A DNA stretch of 64,000 nucleotides, from the IMG/VR virus record IMGVR_UViG_3300031521_000039, positions 1 through 64,000 of that record. The stretch is one strand, 5' to 3'. Position numbers and translations under genes: made by a program. Origin of the DNA: a virus. The notes under the pieces were generated by a model. That model made no database searches, was not told the DNA's origin, and saw only the letters and a list, made by a program, of their open reading frames with translations. This document shows, one piece after another, positions 32,469-42,453 of this stretch; within the stretch, counting starts at the first letter, position 1; every line of letters begins with the position of its first letter.

Positions 32469-34457
32469 ATGGCTGAAACAATAGAAGGGTTAAAACAGTG
32501 GTTGGATATAAATTATCCTAAAAAATTACCATTTGAAACAGTTGAGACAACAGGACTTCCAACAGATTCACCAATGTTTCCTGCATTAATTAGATATTCT
32601 ACAGAAGATGAACAAGTTTATTCTTGGTCTATAGATAAAGGAATAGGTAGTTGGAAAATTGGAATGGGTGGTTCTGGTAGTGGAATTAAATATGAACTAA
32701 AAAGTAGTAATTTTATAATATCTAAGGGAACAGGATATCTTTGTGATTTAAGTTCAATATCTACTCAAATGACAGCCTCTTTTTTATCTAGCGATACTTT
32801 TGAAATAGGAGACTTTTTTGAAATTTTTGTTGTAAAAGGAGATAGCAAATCTAAAAATATTGTAGTAGATTTTGTTAGTGGTGGTCACAATTTAGAAAGT
32901 GTTTCTGAAAATTTTACAATGGATTATAATAGTTTATTTAGATTTATCTATATAGATTCTACAATAGGATGGAAAGTAATCCCTATATCATTAATTGGAA
33001 CACAAACTAATGGAGAAGAGATAGTATCAAAATCAGCTAACTTTACAATTGAAAACAATACAACTTATTTAGTTGATACTACTTTTAATATAATTACTGC
33101 AACTGTACCTACTAATATAACATATCCATTTAAATTTAGAATTATTGATTTAAAAAATACAACTAATGTCCGTAATATAAATGTAAATTTTATAACAAAT
33201 GGAAATAAGTTTAGAGGAAATTTAGTTAATGATATTATACATTTTAATGGAACAATGTGTGAATATATAGCGGTTGAATCAACGTATGGATTTACCAAAA
33301 ATGAATTGAGAAGCAATGACGTTTGTATATATGCTTTGAATAAATATTATAGTAAAGGTGATAGATGTTATTGGTGTGGATTTTTAGCCGAAGCAAATGA
33401 TAATATAGCTACATCTACTGGTTTTAAATGGGGAACAACTGGTGCAACATGGAAGCCTATAGATGTAAACGGAAATTGGAAAGGTATGTATAATGTTTCT
33501 AATTCTTATTTAACCAGTGATTTAGTGGTAACATATGATAGTTCTAATACAATATACACTTTTGTAGGAAGTGCAAGTGCTGGAGATACTTCATATAATC
33601 CCAATACTGGTGTCAATAAGGATAGATGGAGACCAATAAACTTTAATGGTTCTGATTGGTTTGAAGGAGCTACTGATATTGTAAATGGTAGACAAGGTGT
33701 TATTCCTCCTCCACAAAAAGGAGATAATAAAAAAGTATTATGGGGTGATGCAAATTGGGCATCGCCTTATATAATTGGTGAAGTAAAAACATTGGCAATT
33801 TCAACAGTACCTAGTGGTTGGTTATTATGTGATGGTTCGGCAATATCAAGAACAACATATTCAGATTTATTTAGTGCAATTAGTACAATATACGGGATCG
33901 GAGATAATAGTACAACGTTTAATTTGCCTAACTTTAATGGTAGAACTCCAATAGGAACAGGACAATTAACATTTAATACATCATTTAATTATACAGATAT
34001 AAATATTTCAACTGATATAATTACAGTATTACCAAATAACACTCTTTATACAGGTACACCAGTAACAATAACTACAAGTGGAACTATTCCTGCTGGATTA
34101 GTATTAGCTACGACATACTACGTAATAAAATTAAATTCTACCACTATTAAACTTGCTACAACTTTGACTAATGCTTTAGGTAGTACTGCTATAAATATTA
34201 CAACACAAGGAACAGGAGTACATACGTTAACTTATATTGGTGCAAATAGAACTTTAGGAAACATAGGAGGAGAAGAGAACCATTCAATTACATATGAGGA
34301 AATACAACATGCACATAATTATGGTGGAGGTTCTGTCGGAAACTTTAATAATAACTATTGGGCTTCAAATAGTGTAACCGATATGAGGAATTTAAGTGGT
34401 ATTGCTGGAAACAATATGCAACCGTATTTGGTATTAAATATGATTATAAAATATTAA
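32469..34457 (+). CDS. tail fibre protein with phage tail-collar domain
   Basis: IGEVK..PSGWLLCDGSAISRTTYSDLFSAI..FNLPN; C-term NNMQPYLVLNMIIKY. Confidence 0.85.
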   Translation: MAETIEGLKQWLDINYPKKLPFETVETTGLPTDSPMFPALIRYSTEDEQVYSWSIDKGIGSWKIGMGGSGSGIKYELKSSNFIISKGTGYLCDLSSISTQMTASFLSSDTFEIGDFFEIFVVKGDSKSKNIVVDFVSGGHNLESVSENFTMDYNSLFRFIYIDSTIGWKVIPISLIGTQTNGEEIVSKSANFTIENNTTYLVDTTFNIITATVPTNITYPFKFRIIDLKNTTNVRNINVNFITNGNKFRGNLVNDIIHFNGTMCEYIAVESTYGFTKNELRSNDVCIYALNKYYSKGDRCYWCGFLAEANDNIATSTGFKWGTTGATWKPIDVNGNWKGMYNVSNSYLTSDLVVTYDSSNTIYTFVGSASAGDTSYNPNTGVNKDRWRPINFNGSDWFEGATDIVNGRQGVIPPPQKGDNKKVLWGDANWASPYIIGEVKTLAISTVPSGWLLCDGSAISRTTYSDLFSAISTIYGIGDNSTTFNLPNFNGRTPIGTGQLTFNTSFNYTDINISTDIITVLPNNTLYTGTPVTITTSGTIPAGLVLATTYYVIKLNSTTIKLATTLTNALGSTAINITTQGTGVHTLTYIGANRTLGNIGGEENHSITYEEIQHAHNYGGGSVGNFNNNYWASNSVTDMRNLSGIAGNNMQPYLVLNMIIKY

Positions 34458-34478
34458 ACATAGGAGGATATATAAGGA

Positions 34479-34676
34479 ATGACAGACCATAGCGTATCAA
34501 AATTTGATAAAGAATATTCTACTCAATGGAATAAAGAAAAAGAATATTTAGAACAAAAAGGTGTTAAATACACATTCGTTAAAGAAATAAATAAAATATC
34601 AACTTATAAGTATAAAAAGAACTCAAAGTTATTTAAAGCTTTGGGTTCTTTTTATATGGAATTAGAAACTAAATAA
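34479..34676 (+). CDS. small conserved clostridial phage protein
   Basis: FDKEYSTQW..YKYKKNSKLF; SD GGAGG. Confidence 0.7.
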   Translation: MTDHSVSKFDKEYSTQWNKEKEYLEQKGVKYTFVKEINKISTYKYKKNSKLFKALGSFYMELETK

Positions 34677-34710
34677 TAAATTAATAAAGGATTGAAAGGA
34701 AAGTGATTGT

Positions 34711-36135
34711 ATGAGACAAGTATTTATAGATAAACTACCTAAGAAAAAGAATAGTTTTAATTGGGAAAAATCCATTGGTTATATTGTAAATTTCGTATAT
34801 GATAATATTAATGGAAAATTAGAAATAGTTAATTATCAAAAAGGGTATTTATTTGTGCGTTATAATAAAATAACAACTAAAATTTTCACAGGTTCTTTTA
34901 CAAATGGAAGAATAGGATGTATTATAGGTAAAAAGACAAAAGATTTTAAAATAGATGTTGGACAAGCTATAAAAGATGAAAAAAGAAACATTATAATTAC
35001 CAATAGAGAATATAGAAAAGATAATAAAGAGAAACAATGGAAATGGTATAAATACACATGTAATGTGTGTGGTTGGACTGAAGGTTGGACAGAAGAATTA
35101 GCTTTGTTAAAAGAGCACAATTGTGCATGTTGTACTAATAAAAAGGTGGTTCAAGGAATAAATGATATTACAACTACTAATCCAGAAATGATTTGCTATT
35201 TTCAAGGAGGATATGATGAAGCTAAGTTATATACTTATGGAAGTAATGAAGAAATATATCCTATTTGTCCAAACTGTGGTAGAATAAAAGACAAAAAAAT
35301 GAAAATATACACAATATATAAACAACATTCAATAGGATGTACTTGTTCTGACGGTCATTCATATCCTGAAAAATTTATATGCTCTTTATTGGAACAAATT
35401 AATATAAATTTCATATATCAAGCAACAAGATTAGATTTATCTTGGTGTAATAATTATAGATATGATTTTTATTTTGAATGGAATAATGAGTCGTATATTA
35501 TAGAAACACATCAGCTTCAGCATTATAAGGATAAAACACGAGATAGTAGAAGAACTTTTAATGATGAACAAAATATAGATAATCAAAAAAAAGAATTGGC
35601 TTTAAAAAATAATATTAATCATTATATAATTTTAGATTGTAGAAAATCAGAATTGGAATGGATTAAAAATAGTGTTATGGATAGTAAGTTGCCTAATTTA
35701 TTATATTTTAAAGAATATAGTATAGATTGGTTAAAATGCAATGAATTTGCTTGTAGTAATTTAGTAAAAGCTGTTTGTAATTATAAAAAGAGTAATCCGG
35801 AGATTATGCCCTCCAAAATAGCAAAGATTTTTAAAATAGCACATAATAGTACAATTAATTACTTAAAACAAGGTGTTGAATTAGGTTGGTGCTATTATAA
35901 TCCAAAAGAAAGTAGAATAAAATCAACCAAAAAGAATGGTCGAAAAAATGGAAAGGAAGTTGAAATATTTAAAGATGGAATTCCTTTAGGAAAATTTCCT
36001 AGTTGTGCTGAATTATCAAGACAATCTGAAAAACTATTTGGAGTTAAATTGATAGCAAATAGTATATCGTCAGTTTGTCAAGGGAAACAAAAAATGTATA
36101 AAGACTTTATGTTTAAGTACATTATAAAATACTAA
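34711..36135 (+). CDS. zinc-ribbon nuclease, putative homing endonuclease (paralog of 4581-6188)
   Basis: Shares GYDEAKLYT, PICP.C, SIGC.CSD..S.PEK, Y.YDFYFE with 4581 ORF. Confidence 0.7.
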   Translation: MRQVFIDKLPKKKNSFNWEKSIGYIVNFVYDNINGKLEIVNYQKGYLFVRYNKITTKIFTGSFTNGRIGCIIGKKTKDFKIDVGQAIKDEKRNIIITNREYRKDNKEKQWKWYKYTCNVCGWTEGWTEELALLKEHNCACCTNKKVVQGINDITTTNPEMICYFQGGYDEAKLYTYGSNEEIYPICPNCGRIKDKKMKIYTIYKQHSIGCTCSDGHSYPEKFICSLLEQININFIYQATRLDLSWCNNYRYDFYFEWNNESYIIETHQLQHYKDKTRDSRRTFNDEQNIDNQKKELALKNNINHYIILDCRKSELEWIKNSVMDSKLPNLLYFKEYSIDWLKCNEFACSNLVKAVCNYKKSNPEIMPSKIAKIFKIAHNSTINYLKQGVELGWCYYNPKESRIKSTKKNGRKNGKEVEIFKDGIPLGKFPSCAELSRQSEKLFGVKLIANSISSVCQGKQKMYKDFMFKYIIKY

Positions 36136-36154
36136 AAGAAAGGGAGGTAATAAT

Positions 36155-37240
36155 ATGACAGACATTTTTGCTTCAAGCTACATAAAAAAATTAACCAAAC
36201 ATATTGTAAAAAATAATTCAGCCGTTTTTGAAAACAGAGATGGTCTACAATTTACAGGAAATGTAACTATTAGTGATGATAGCGGAAATAATAATACAGT
36301 AGTAAATATTCCTACAACAGATCTTAGTGGATATATACCAAATACAAGAAAAATTAATAATAAAGGTTTAAGTGCAGATATCTCTTTGACTGGTTCGGAT
36401 ATAGGACTCAGTAACATAACTAATGATGCACAAGTTAAAAAAATAACTTCAAGTGTGGATAATAACTTAGTTTCATGGAACGGAATTAATGGAGATACTC
36501 CAAAAGATAGTGGGATATTAGCAACTAATGTAGTTACTAAAGATGATATCCAAACGCTAACTCAAAAAACATTAACAAGTCCTATAATAAGTACAATAAT
36601 TAATACTGGAACTATAACAATTCCTACAACTACAGGGACTCTTGCATTAAATTCAAACCCTGCAAATATAAACCCATCAGCTACCAATACTTATACATTA
36701 GGGACATCTGCTTTATGTTGGAAAGAAGAATATATAAATAGTATTTATTCAGCTAGTGGTACACCTTTGAAATTAGGAGTCAACGGTACAACTTATGCTA
36801 GTGTTAATACAACAGGTTTGACAGTTACAACTAGTGGTTATGGAAATGCTTTAATTGATACTTCTAATATTCCAACTGGAACAACTAGAACATTAAAAGT
36901 GCCTAATAAAGATGGGGCTATTGCATTAGGAACTATATACAAAGGAACTGTAACTATTGGTGATGTAGGTGGGACAAGTGGAAGTTTACCTGTATCTGGT
37001 GATATAATATCTGCAACGGCTACGAATAGTTCAGGAATAGACATAGCTATAAGTCATCCTTCTTTATCTGCTAATGCAATATATAATATTACTATTGAAA
37101 ATCTTGGAAGCGAAGTATTAGCTAATGATATAACTCAAACAGTATTTACAAGAATATCTACTAGCCAAATAAGAGTATTTTTTGAGGAAACATCTACATC
37201 TTCACAAAACGTAAAATTAAATATTATGATATTTGATTAA
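36155..37240 (+). CDS. fibre-like structural protein
   Basis: TRKINNKGLSADISL..IGLSNITNDAQVK and QTLTQKTLTSP fibre repeats. Confidence 0.7.
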   Translation: MTDIFASSYIKKLTKHIVKNNSAVFENRDGLQFTGNVTISDDSGNNNTVVNIPTTDLSGYIPNTRKINNKGLSADISLTGSDIGLSNITNDAQVKKITSSVDNNLVSWNGINGDTPKDSGILATNVVTKDDIQTLTQKTLTSPIISTIINTGTITIPTTTGTLALNSNPANINPSATNTYTLGTSALCWKEEYINSIYSASGTPLKLGVNGTTYASVNTTGLTVTTSGYGNALIDTSNIPTGTTRTLKVPNKDGAIALGTIYKGTVTIGDVGGTSGSLPVSGDIISATATNSSGIDIAISHPSLSANAIYNITIENLGSEVLANDITQTVFTRISTSQIRVFFEETSTSSQNVKLNIMIFD

Positions 37241-37361
37241 TAATAAATTAAAAGAAATAATAACACGTTAAAATAGCAATTTAAAAAGGACTTGGATAAA
37301 AAATATATAAAAAAGTAGGTGATGACTTATTGAAAATAGTGAACTTCTAAAAAAAGTAGAA

Positions 37362-37796
37362 GTGATAAATCCAGAATTATTGTCTAAATTAACATTAGAT
37401 TCAAATGGACAAATATTAATAGAAGGCAAAAAAATAAATGATAATCAGACATACTACAATGTAGCAGGTCTAGGTGGAGTTATACAATATACTTTTGGAT
37501 ATATAAGTAACGCTAATACTATAATGACTGCAAGCTCAAATAATATAACCCATTGTGGAAAAGTTGTTGGTATTATATTAGAGAATAAGAATGAGGGAGA
37601 AAAAGTAGAAATTATAACTGGAGGGGAGGTGGTGAATCCAAATTGGAGCTTGATTTCAGGAAATTCATATTATATTGGATTGGGAGGTGATGCAACAAAT
37701 ATAGCACCAACAATTGGTTTTGTTCAAAAAATTGGTATAGCTAAAAACTCAAATACTTTAGTTATAAGATTAGAACAACCTATAAAGTTAATGTAA
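37362..37796 (+). CDS. putative virion protein (capsid-fibre/DUF2190-like); possible ATT start at 37329
   Basis: GEVVNPNWSL..YYIGLGG..APT.GFVQKIG. Confidence 0.6.
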   Translation: MINPELLSKLTLDSNGQILIEGKKINDNQTYYNVAGLGGVIQYTFGYISNANTIMTASSNNITHCGKVVGIILENKNEGEKVEIITGGEVVNPNWSLISGNSYYIGLGGDATNIAPTIGFVQKIGIAKNSNTLVIRLEQPIKLM

Positions 37797-37840
37797 ATTA
37801 ATAAATAAATTAAAATAACAAAAGAAAGAAGGTTTTAATA

Positions 37841-38347
37841 ATGTCAGATAAAATTTTATTAAATGTAAATGGAGAAATAGTAAGTAAATCAGTATTAACA
37901 GTTAGTGGTGGCAGTAGTGATGCAGGAAAAACAATTGGAACTGATTTAAATGGAAAAATAGATATGAGCCTTATGCCTTCAGGGATAGGGGCAGATACAA
38001 CAACTTTACTAGCAAGTGAGTCATTAAATATTGGTGATTTCGTTAACATTTGGGATGATGCTGGAACAATAAAAGTTAGAAAAGCAGATAATTCTGATTC
38101 TACAAAAGTTGCAAATGGATTTGTAAAAGTTGCAGTTGCCAGTGGTTCAAATGCCGTTATTTATACAGAAGGCGATAATGATACCTTAACTGGATTAGCA
38201 GTTGGAACAAGATATTTCTTAGGAGTAACTGGGAGTTATACTTCAACAGTTCCTACAATTTTGGGAAGCATTATACAATCTCTTGGAACAGTTAAAAATC
38301 CAACAACAATTAGATTTGAACAAAAAGATCCTATAAAGAACGCTTAA
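37841..38347 (+). CDS. putative virion protein (capsid-fibre-like)
   Basis: ASESLNIGDFVNIW..VRKAD..ANGFV..LTGL..GTRYFL. Confidence 0.65.
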   Translation: MSDKILLNVNGEIVSKSVLTVSGGSSDAGKTIGTDLNGKIDMSLMPSGIGADTTTLLASESLNIGDFVNIWDDAGTIKVRKADNSDSTKVANGFVKVAVASGSNAVIYTEGDNDTLTGLAVGTRYFLGVTGSYTSTVPTILGSIIQSLGTVKNPTTIRFEQKDPIKNA

Positions 38348-38363
38348 TTAGTAGGTGGTTTAA

Positions 38364-38741
38364 TTGTTAAAACTAGCTACTAATGGAGAAATATTAAATG
38401 TAAAAGATACAAAAACGCTTGCTATTTTTATCAAGGGAGTAGTGCAATTAGGAACAATTTATATGGGGATAATGCCCAATAATATGAAATTATCTTCTGT
38501 AACAATAAAAACAGATACTTCCCCAGTAGGAAGTCCTATTTTATTAGATGTTTTAAAAAATGGCACTTCTGTTATTATGTCAAATATTAAATTAGAATCG
38601 GCTTCAACTTTTCTTCACTTGGACTTAACTCCAATTTTAGCATTTAACAAAGATGACATAATTGAAATAAAAGTTAATAGTGTAGGAACGTCTCAAATAG
38701 GTTCTAATTTACTTATAAATTTTGAATTTAACATTATATGA
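38364..38741 (+). CDS. putative virion fibre-tip domain protein
   Basis: TSPVGSPILLDVLKNGTS..VGT..GSNL pattern; TTG start. Confidence 0.55.
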   Translation: MLKLATNGEILNVKDTKTLAIFIKGVVQLGTIYMGIMPNNMKLSSVTIKTDTSPVGSPILLDVLKNGTSVIMSNIKLESASTFLHLDLTPILAFNKDDIIEIKVNSVGTSQIGSNLLINFEFNII

Positions 38742-38750
38742 TGGAAAGGA

Positions 38751-38999
38751 ATGATGATTATGAACAAATTACAATTATGTGTTCAAGCAGTAACAAAAGT
38801 TTATGGAAATGAGGAAATTTCTTTTGAAGAAGCACAAGCGTTATACAATTATTTTTGTTCGGGTTTATGCTTTATAAATTTAGAAAATGCAAAAATAGAT
38901 GAAAACATGAATTCTGATGAATTAAAACACCAAATAGAGATTTTATTAAAAGATACACTTGTTCAATATTACAAGTGTATGGAAGGTTTAACTCTATAA
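38751..38999 (+). CDS. hypothetical protein
   Basis: SD GAAAGGA. Confidence 0.6.
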   Translation: MMIMNKLQLCVQAVTKVYGNEEISFEEAQALYNYFCSGLCFINLENAKIDENMNSDELKHQIEILLKDTLVQYYKCMEGLTL

Positions 39000-39062
39000 A
39001 ATAACACAAACAAAATAAACAAATAGATAAAAAATAATTTATGCGAAAGAAGGAATGTACAA

Positions 39063-40181
39063 ATGGCAACACCAATAGTAATAGATGGAAGAGCAACTTA
39101 TTTAAACTTAGGACAATTTATTTTTGACACTTTAGAAGCAAACGGATGGACAAAAGAAATGTCAGTTTTAACTGATGCAGTAATGAAGAAAAATTATAAT
39201 GGTTCAGATCACTTTGTATTTTTTACACCAATAACAGCAGATGGATATCAAACAACAGTTGGAAATGCAGAAGGATATACAAGAGGAAAAACTGGAGTAA
39301 CTTGTGCCTATACAGAAACTACTACTGGAAGTCCAACAGTAGCGGAAGTCGGAACTATAACGGTTCAAAATTTCTGTACTACTGCGGGTAATTATAATTT
39401 CAGATTTAAAGATGGAACAATTGATGTAACAATTCCAGTTCCAGTTTTAGTAACAGATAATACTACAAATTTAGTAGCAACAAAATTAAAAACTGCAATT
39501 GATGCAAATACAACTTTTATGGCTAGTTATACAACAAGTATTTCAAATAATATTATTACTTTTACTAAGAAAGCAAATGGAATAACGCCGGTAGTTATTT
39601 TATTTGATATTGGAATAACTGGAGTAGCTGGCGTATTTGTAAATAAAAATGCTAGAACATTAAGTTGGGGAAGTACAACAGTTGCTTCGGCTTCTTATGT
39701 AAGTGTAAGAATATATTTATGGGATGACCATTTTGTAATTGGTGTTAATCCAGATACTGGTGTGGCAAATTCACAACCATTCTTATTATATTCTGGTTCT
39801 CCTAAATCCTATGGTGGAGTAAAACTTAATAACTGGGGAGATATGATAGGTGGAACTTGTTTAGAAGCCGTATCGGTATACCCAGTAAGAAATAGAACAG
39901 GTGCTACTAATAGACCAACTTATCAAACACAAGGTTCTATAGCTCCAATAAATCCAGGGGAAGATGGACTAATGTACATATCTCCAATGTCAGTTGCAAA
40001 TGCTACAGATGGTATTAGGGGTGATTTTCAAGACATATATGGACTACCTGCATCAGGGGTTCAACACTTAGATACTCTTACAAAAGGTGGAATCGTACAT
40101 GATATTTGGATTTCTGGAACTACTGGGTCTACTACATTTGCTGGAACAAAAGTAATTGCAGTATTCAATAGAACTGTATAA
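39063..40181 (+). CDS. putative virion structural protein
   Basis: Thr/Gly-rich; GIRGDFQDIYGL..HLDTL C-terminus; SD AAGGA. Confidence 0.6.
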   Translation: MATPIVIDGRATYLNLGQFIFDTLEANGWTKEMSVLTDAVMKKNYNGSDHFVFFTPITADGYQTTVGNAEGYTRGKTGVTCAYTETTTGSPTVAEVGTITVQNFCTTAGNYNFRFKDGTIDVTIPVPVLVTDNTTNLVATKLKTAIDANTTFMASYTTSISNNIITFTKKANGITPVVILFDIGITGVAGVFVNKNARTLSWGSTTVASASYVSVRIYLWDDHFVIGVNPDTGVANSQPFLLYSGSPKSYGGVKLNNWGDMIGGTCLEAVSVYPVRNRTGATNRPTYQTQGSIAPINPGEDGLMYISPMSVANATDGIRGDFQDIYGLPASGVQHLDTLTKGGIVHDIWISGTTGSTTFAGTKVIAVFNRTV

Positions 40182-40200
40182 TAAATTATAAAAAGGCGGT

Positions 40201-40959
40201 GTGAGCCTAATGAACTACGATAGTATTATACTTAATGCCTTTTCTACAACAAGAGAAAGGCAGATATTGGACAACTTATCAACTTCAATTAGGAGTTCAA
40301 CCGATAAGCCTACAATATCATTAAATAATTTTGTATTTTCATCAAGAGATAAAATTTACAACTCTGTTTTAATTGACACAATAGATACTTATTCAAGAAA
40401 TTATAAAATAATGGATGGAATAAACTCAAGTTTTAGGGATATACCGAATATCCCTTTTAGTACTGTAAATAACTTAATTGTTTCACTTAGAGACGATGTA
40501 AAATCTAATAGTGTTGTGATGAATACATTTAAAACATCAAATAGAGATATAAACGAAAATAGTATATGTTTAAATGGATTTATTACTTCTAGAGAAGATG
40601 CAGTTCTTGATAATATTAGTGTTTATGATAATTACATGTTAAATAATTCTTATATATCAGGATTAAACGTATCCTATAGAAATAATCCTAATAAATCATT
40701 TACAACCCTTAATTCACAAACTATTTCTATTCTTGATACAGTTACACCAACTTATATAATGGATGGATTTTTTACTACATCAAGAGATTCTAATTATAAT
40801 GGCACAATAAATAATTATATTTTAGATTGTATGAGAATTGGAGTAAGTATAGATTCAATAGTAATAAGTGATAAATTAAAAGCCTCACATGAAGCAGTAG
40901 TATTGTATCAATCTATGATAGAAATACCACAAACATTAATAATAGCTTCATGGTATTAA
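40201..40959 (+). CDS. repeat-containing hypothetical protein
   Basis: Recurrent (I/L/M)-N/D-x-F-x-x-S-x-R units. Confidence 0.6.
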   Translation: MSLMNYDSIILNAFSTTRERQILDNLSTSIRSSTDKPTISLNNFVFSSRDKIYNSVLIDTIDTYSRNYKIMDGINSSFRDIPNIPFSTVNNLIVSLRDDVKSNSVVMNTFKTSNRDINENSICLNGFITSREDAVLDNISVYDNYMLNNSYISGLNVSYRNNPNKSFTTLNSQTISILDTVTPTYIMDGFFTTSRDSNYNGTINNYILDCMRIGVSIDSIVISDKLKASHEAVVLYQSMIEIPQTLIIASWY

Positions 40960-41061
40960 GATTATTCTCATGGGTCTGATAATAGATTTCATGAGAATAA
41001 TCTATTAAATAGAATATAAAAGTACTTATGACTTTTCAATATAAAGAAAGGAGTGATATGA

Positions 41062-42435
41062 TTGGAAAATTTTCAATTAATTAAACAAATGCAAACTAAT
41101 ATTAGTAATCCCAATGAACCAATAATTATAAATAGCACAGATTGGATACTAGATATTGCATCTAATTTATACAAACTGACTGTTACACATGGTTTGCAAA
41201 CAGATAAAATATTAACAGAAATGTATAATGATAAAAATGAAGAAGAAACAATATCTGTAAGAATAGTTGATAATAATACTTTAGAATTAAAAAATTCCAT
41301 GCCTATAAATGGTACATTGATGATAAATTATAGTTCTACATCTAGTAATGGAGGTGGTTCAGTAGGAGATTTAAGTGGATTTACAACAGATGATTTAACA
41401 GAAAGTTTAACTAAAAAATATATCACTCCTATACAAGTAAATAAATTAAATAATATTAGTGATAATGCTAAAAAAGTTGAATCTTCTTTAACTAATGGGA
41501 ATATTAAAATAGATGGAGCAGAAACAAGTGTTTATACACATCCATTATCACATAGCCCAAATATTATAGCACAAGATTCTAATAATAGATTTGTTAGTGA
41601 TGCTAAAATAGCTAGTTGGGATGCAAAAGCTAATACAATACATAATCATGTAATTGGTGATATTACAAATTTACAATCAACTTTAGATAATAAATTAGTT
41701 TCTAGTAATATTAAAGCTGGTTCTAATATTACTATTACATCTAGCGGTAATGATGTAACTATTAATGCGAGTGGAGGAAGTAATAATATAAATGATAGTT
41801 TGAGTACGTCTGTAATAAATACTTATTCTATTGATAAATTAAATTCCACTTATATAAAACAAGTAGCTAATAAATCACTTATAGCAGATTCAGAAATAAC
41901 TCGTTTATCAAGTATCACAAATTATGATCATACAAACGTTGACACACATATGGCTAATAATGGTATTCATGTAACATCTACGGATAAAACTAATTTAGCT
42001 AATGTAGTTGCTAACTCTCATACACATACTAATAAAACAGTTATTGATAAATTTACGGAAGTTAGTGGACAACCATATTATAATGGAAGTGCCATGGGTG
42101 GTGGAATATCAGACTTAACTTCATTTACTACAAATGATTTAGTAGAAAGTACAACTAAAAAATATATTAGTCCTGCTGAAAAAACAATATTGTCTAATAC
42201 AAGTGGAATAAATACTGGGGATGAAACAATTGCAACTATCAAAACAAAACTTGGACAAGCTAATTCAACTACTGATGGTTATGTATCTAGTACAGATTGG
42301 AATACTTTTAATAATAAATTAAATACAAGTAACATTAAGCAAGGAAGTAATATTACAATTACAACTAGTGGTTCTGATATTACTATTAATAGTACTGGTA
42401 CAGGCATATCAACATGGAATACATTCAATCTATAG
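41062..42435 (+). CDS. fibre-like structural protein with internal repeats
   Basis: DLSGFTTDDLTESLTKKYI / DLTSFTTNDLVESTTKKYI; NIKAGSNITIT repeats; HNHVIGDITNLQSTLD. Confidence 0.7.
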   Translation: MENFQLIKQMQTNISNPNEPIIINSTDWILDIASNLYKLTVTHGLQTDKILTEMYNDKNEEETISVRIVDNNTLELKNSMPINGTLMINYSSTSSNGGGSVGDLSGFTTDDLTESLTKKYITPIQVNKLNNISDNAKKVESSLTNGNIKIDGAETSVYTHPLSHSPNIIAQDSNNRFVSDAKIASWDAKANTIHNHVIGDITNLQSTLDNKLVSSNIKAGSNITITSSGNDVTINASGGSNNINDSLSTSVINTYSIDKLNSTYIKQVANKSLIADSEITRLSSITNYDHTNVDTHMANNGIHVTSTDKTNLANVVANSHTHTNKTVIDKFTEVSGQPYYNGSAMGGGISDLTSFTTNDLVESTTKKYISPAEKTILSNTSGINTGDETIATIKTKLGQANSTTDGYVSSTDWNTFNNKLNTSNIKQGSNITITTSGSDITINSTGTGISTWNTFNL

Positions 42436-42453
42436 AAAGGAGTGATAAATTAA

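Noticed and set aside
40959-41003. Long hairpin as a novel ncRNA
   Set aside because: It sits directly after a stop codon and is adequately explained as a terminator or mRNA-stabilising stem.
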